From Gekko japonicus (taxonomy: Eukaryota): a DNA stretch of 64,000 nucleotides. Shown here piece by piece: positions 59,385 to 64,000 of the stretch (positions are counted from its first letter, which is position 1; each line of letters starts with the position of its first letter). The position numbers were made by a program, and so were the translations under genes. The stretch lies in NCBI RefSeq assembly GCF_001447785.1, contig NW_015168044.1, positions 2,426,503 through 2,490,502 of the forward strand. The letters are read 5' to 3'. The notes beneath the pieces were generated by a model that had not been told where the DNA came from, ran no database searches, and was given only the letters and a program-made list of their open reading frames with translations.

Positions 59385-62103
59385 TCTTCCTCTTCATCTT
59401 CAGGCTTCTGTGCAGGCACACAATAGGACTGCGCTTGTGCAGGCCAGCCACCGGAGGCTCTCTTACAGCTACTCTGGTATTTTTAACACTCCAAGGGGAG
59501 CCCCTCCCCCGCAGAGCTCATTAGAGGACATCTTCCCGCCTAACCATCACATGCTCTGCAGGGAGTAGCTCCCCCTTTCCCTCAGTCCTTTCTTCGCCGC
59601 CGCATTGTGAAGATGTGTTCTCTTCAGCTCTGATTTTTCTCATGAGTTTTCTCAGTTTCTTTGCTCCTGGGCTCTCTCCCCTCTTTGGGAAATGTTGCAG
59701 AAGGTTTTGTTTAAAAAATGTACCCAGTGTAGTACAAAAATGACCCGTTCAGATGAACACTTCCTCTGCCTTTTCTGCTTGGGTGAGGCCCATAATACAG
59801 CCACATGCAAGATTTGCCTCCAATTTACTTCAAAAGCCCACTCAGGTTGAGCAGTGCACTTGAAGGCAAGCTTGTGGGAGAAAGCGCTCTCTTGCTGTAA
59901 TAGCCTGGCAGTGAAAACATCTGTCCCAGCAGAGCCCAGTCAACCCTTGCTTTCAAAATCACTGGTTAGAACTGAACAACTTGTGAGCCCACCATCAAGC
60001 ATCCTCGGATCTGTTGCTCTAGGGACAGAACTGAAGCGGCAGGTCTGATTGCCTGTTCATTCAGCTGAACACTGCACACCAGAACTCAGAACCCCTGTCT
60101 AAGAAAGCCTGTTCCAAATCCAAACATAAGGAGAAGCATTGTTCCAGTTCCAAGGTGTTCCCGGAATCAATTAACTCTTCGATTCCAGCCCAGTCGGCTT
60201 TGGTTCTGATGGAATGAGGGGAGTCTCCCCACCCCGACTGCCTCCTTACACATGCCTCCCCAGCTCATTCATTCTCAGAAGGGGAATTAGAGCCTGACCC
60301 AGGGTACTAGTTGACCCAGCAGCTAGTTGACCCAGCAGCTAGTTGATCATTGGAACCATCCTCCCCAGCTCAGTGACAGAGTTCTATGCTTCCGCCTCCT
60401 TGGCAAGGCTACCCTTATTATTTTCCTTCTCCTAGACCTCAAGAATGGGGTGACTGGCAATCGTGAAAAGCACCTCCAGAACCGAGGCACCCCTTTTCTG
60501 GAACCGTGACACTGTGGGTCCACCAGTTTGGTATCCTCCTGCAATCTCTCCTCACCCCCTTATGTGGCACTCAGATTCCGAGGAAAGAGGAGGCTTTGAG
60601 AGCTGACTCCCCTTCTGGTTTGGGCTCAGACTTACCATTGGACCCTTCCCCTGTTAACCCTGTAGGGAACCCTGATTCAGGGTCCCCTAATGAAGATCTG
60701 AAGCTCTACGCAGAGCAAATGATACAAATGGCTAAATCATTGGAAATAAAGGTGTGACCTCCAGCAACCCAAGACCTCAAGACAAGATCTTAGGCAAGCT
60801 CTACGCAGAGTCACCTGGTATATTCACCTTCCCTATCCTGGAGGATATTGCTGATATCTCCAAGACCCTCTGGCAGAAACCAGCTGGCAAGGCTGCCGCA
60901 TCCAAAAAGGTGGAGAATTTATACAGAGTGCAACAGAAAGGTCATACCTATTTTTTCTGCCTTCCTCCAACTTCATCCATCATAGCTGAAGAGATGCAGG
61001 CAAAACAGCATACAGGTGCGCATTCCTCACCAGCTGATAGAGAGGGGTGAAAAAAATCGATGCAGTTAGTAAAAAAGTTTACTCTTCTGCTGCACTCAAC
61101 CTGCGCATTGTCAACTATAGTGCAATAATGGGAGAATACCAGTTGTTCCTCTAGGAAGAGGATGGCTGCTTATTTAGAGCTTCTGCCTTAAGACAAGAAG
61201 CCTCTGGCTAAACTTCTCCAAGCAGAAGCAATGCGCCTATCCAAGCAACAGATTAATGCAGGCATACACACCGCTGACTCCTTCTCCAGGGGCATGGCTT
61301 CAGCACTCATACCTAGAAGGCATGCTTGGCTGCACTCCCTCCTGACACCCAGCAGAAGGTGGAAGACCTCCCATTTGATGGAATGACACTATTTGCTTCC
61401 TTGTCTGATGATCTTCTATCCCAAATCAATAAGAACAAGCAAACAGCTAATTCATTTGGCATCACAGCAGGTCCCACCCCTCCACGCAGGCCTTGACAGA
61501 CATTTAGATTCCACCAGTCGCAGTCACCATACTCTCAGGACTCGCATCAGCAGCCTTGCTAATCACAGTATCCTACACAGTGGCCCTTTTCAGGGTCTGT
61601 GACACAGGACAGGCACAGATACAATCACAGAATTAGACATTTATGCTCACAACATCAACCACTTCCTAAAGAGCCACAACAGGCTCCAAAAGGTTCTTTC
61701 TGACTAGGGTCTATAACAGACCAGCCACCTACCATCTTTAAAGACATGTTGGCTGTTCGTACTGACAAATGGCAGGAGGTTACTCAGGACACTTGGGTTT
61801 TGTCAATTGTTAGTTTGGGTGTAGGTTAGAGTTTTGGCAATGGTCATCCCTCCAGCATCCTGATTAGGCTCTGAATAACTTTGTGCCTGAGTTGAAACAA
61901 GAGCTGTTGTCCCTTATCCAAAAGGGGGCAGTACAGAAGTTTCCTGACTCGGACCCCATCCCAGGTTTCTATTCACGGTTGTCCCTGGTACCCAAGAAAG
62001 ATGGAGGCTTTAGACCAATCCTGAATCTGAGGGATCTGAATTTTTTTCTGAATGTTAGAAAGTTCAGAATGTTGTCTTTGGAGTTAGTCCTGCAACTGTT
62101 AAC
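59385..62103 (+). mobile_element. Second DIRS retrotransposon, 5' part (ITR, gag-like ORF, start of RT), degraded
   Basis: FKKCTQC...DEHFLCLFCLGEAH...CKIC zinc finger near 59700; RT start GFYSRLSLVPKKDGGFRPILNLRDLN...KFRM. Confidence 0.88.
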
Positions 62104-63750
62104 ATGGGACGTGGGATGGAGACAGCACTGGTTGCCCTCACGGACAATCTTCAAAGGCATCTGGATCAAGGCGGATCGGCAGTGCTGTTGTTGTTGGACC
62201 TGTCGGCAGCATTCAACACGGTCGACCATCAGCTACTGATCCACCGCCTCGCCGACACCAGAGTTCAAGGGCTCGCCTTACAATGGCTTGCATCCTTTCT
62301 CCAGAACCGGGGACAAAGGGTGGCACTAGGGGATCAGCTGTCCCGAAAGCATCCACTGTTGTGTGGTGTGCCCCAAGGGGCAGTACTCTCTCCGATGTTA
62401 TCTATATATCTAATTCCCAACTTGCCCCCGGAGTGCGGATCGCTAAATCAGCGCTCCGGGGGCAGCTGGGGGGGCGGGGGAGGTTTGTGTACACGTGGGC
62501 CAGTCCCCACATGTGCACAAAAATACAAAAAGTTGGAAAAAAATTCGGGGGGATTTTAAATCCCCCCGAAAGTGCAAGAGCGTTCTGTGCGCGCGCACAG
62601 AACGCTCTGCTGCCGGCCTCGCCGCCGCCGCTTCGGAGCTGGCGGTCTGGCCGGCCAGGCAGCCAGCCGGAGCCCAGCGAGGCCCGGGCGGCTACAAGCT
62701 GCCGGGCGTCGCTTCGGAGGGGAGGGGAGGGGGAAGAGACGAGCGGCCGAGCGGCAGGAGCCGCCGGGGCTCGCTTCGGAGGAGAGGGGGAGGAGGGGGG
62801 GAGAGATGAGCGAGGCCCGACGGCTCGCTTAGGAGGAGGGGGGAAGAGAAAAAGTGGAGACCCAACAGTACGCAACATTTTGTTGCGGGTCTCCACTTGT
62901 TTAACATCTATTTGCACCCCCTGGCCCAGATTGTCCAAAGACATGGGCTTGGGTGTCACCAGTATGCAGATGATACCCAGCTCTATTTGTTGTTGGGTGG
63001 CGAGTCTGACTCTACACCAGAAGATCTAGACCAGGCACTGCAGGCTGTAGCTGGATGGCTTAGACTGAGTTGACTGAAATTGAATCCGACGAAGACTGAG
63101 GTCCTGTGCCTAAGTCAAAACAGACCATGGGTAGGGATTCTACTCCCGACCTTTGATGGGGCTCCATTGGTGCCAGCACCGGAGGTTAGGAGCTTGGGAG
63201 TACTCTTGGATGCTTCCTTAACAATGGAGGCCCAAGTAGCAGCCACTGCCAGATCAGCTTTTTACCATCTTCGACTGGTTTGGCAGTTGGTTCCCTTCCT
63301 CGAACGTGATGACTTGGCAACAGTGATCCATTTGATGGTCACCTCGAGACTGGACTACTGTAACGCTCTCTACATGGGGCTGCCCTTGTCTCAAATCTAG
63401 AAGCTGCAGTTAGTGCAGAATGCAGCAGCCAGGCTGTTGATAGGTATCCCCATGCGGGAGCACATCCAGACAGTACTGAAAGCAGTACACTGGCTGCCAG
63501 TAGCATACTGGATTCGTTTCAAGGTGCTGGTTTTAACCTTTAAAGCCCTATATGGTCAGGGTCCAGCATACCTGAGGGACAACCTTTCCCCCCACATTCC
63601 CCAGAGAGCACTGCGTTCCGGGGCACAAAATCGGCTAGCCCTCCCAGGACCAGGGACGTCAGACTGGCGGCAACCAGGGCCAGGGCCTTCTCAGTGGCGG
63701 CTCCATCCTGGTGGAATGAGCTTCTGGTAGAGATCAGGGCCTTTCTGGCC
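62104..63750 (+). mobile_element. L2 RT fragment, related to 1511-5795, split by a Helitron
   Basis: ETALVALTD, LDLSAAFNTVDH, GVPQGAVLSPML|FNIY, YADD, RLDYCNALY, LHWLP-like motifs. Confidence 0.92.
62401..62899 (+). mobile_element. Non-autonomous Helitron-like element
   Basis: Inserted between A and T of L2 codons TTA|TTT with no TSD; starts TC; 3' hairpin cgcaaca-ttt-tgttgcg 12 nt before a CTTG terminus. Confidence 0.82.
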
Positions 63751-64000
63751 AAAGTTTTCCTACCAGTAGCTGGAGCATTACACATCAAGGCGTCGATTAG
63801 GTGCAGGCCCATAGCTACAGTGAGGCATCGGGGCTGAGGGGGCCCCCCACTTTCCATCCATCCAGTTTATTTTATTTTATGTGTGTGCCACAGCTGTGCC
63901 AAACTGTTGCCCTGCCCTGCCTCCTGGCAGTGTATCTCTGGCTGGCTGTGGGCGAGGCACGCCACAGGGCTCGTCTGCTCCCTACTCTAGCCCTCTCTCT

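Noticed and set aside
60306-60346. 16-bp tandem repeat ctagttgacccagcag
   Set aside because: Simple slippage duplication in a dead DIRS gag
62283-63029. 248-aa Gly/Arg-rich ORF
   Set aside because: Chance read-through of the GC-rich Helitron interior

Overview
Eukaryotic (vertebrate) genomic DNA. It is squamate, probably gecko, judging from Sauria-SINE, Squam-like SINE and Penelope/L2/DIRS content. The whole window lies inside one + strand gene, the H3K36 methyltransferase NSD3 (WHSC1L1). Eighteen internal coding exons, equivalent to human exons 3-20 by homology, can be read with consistent splice phases from 6591 to 58685. They cover PWWP1, PHD1-4, PWWP2, AWS and the start of SET; the first and last exons lie outside the window. 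The introns are dense with transposons: two DIRS tyrosine-recombinase retrotransposons each hit by an L2 LINE, a multi-level nest (SINE > hAT > two hAT MITEs > L1 and Penelope), many hAT MITEs with 8-bp TSDs, a Sauria SINE, a 5S-derived SINE and a non-autonomous Helitron family. The most interesting items are the Helitron with hairpins at both ends, sense-strand Penelope minimal hammerhead motifs, mirror-symmetric MITE insertions into a palindrome, a GC-AG intron, a cassette exon splitting PHD4, a candidate intronic-polyA short isoform and several template-switch inverted duplications. I cannot show a wholly new biological system from the sequence alone. Most ORFs in the supplied track are spurious or transposon-derived.
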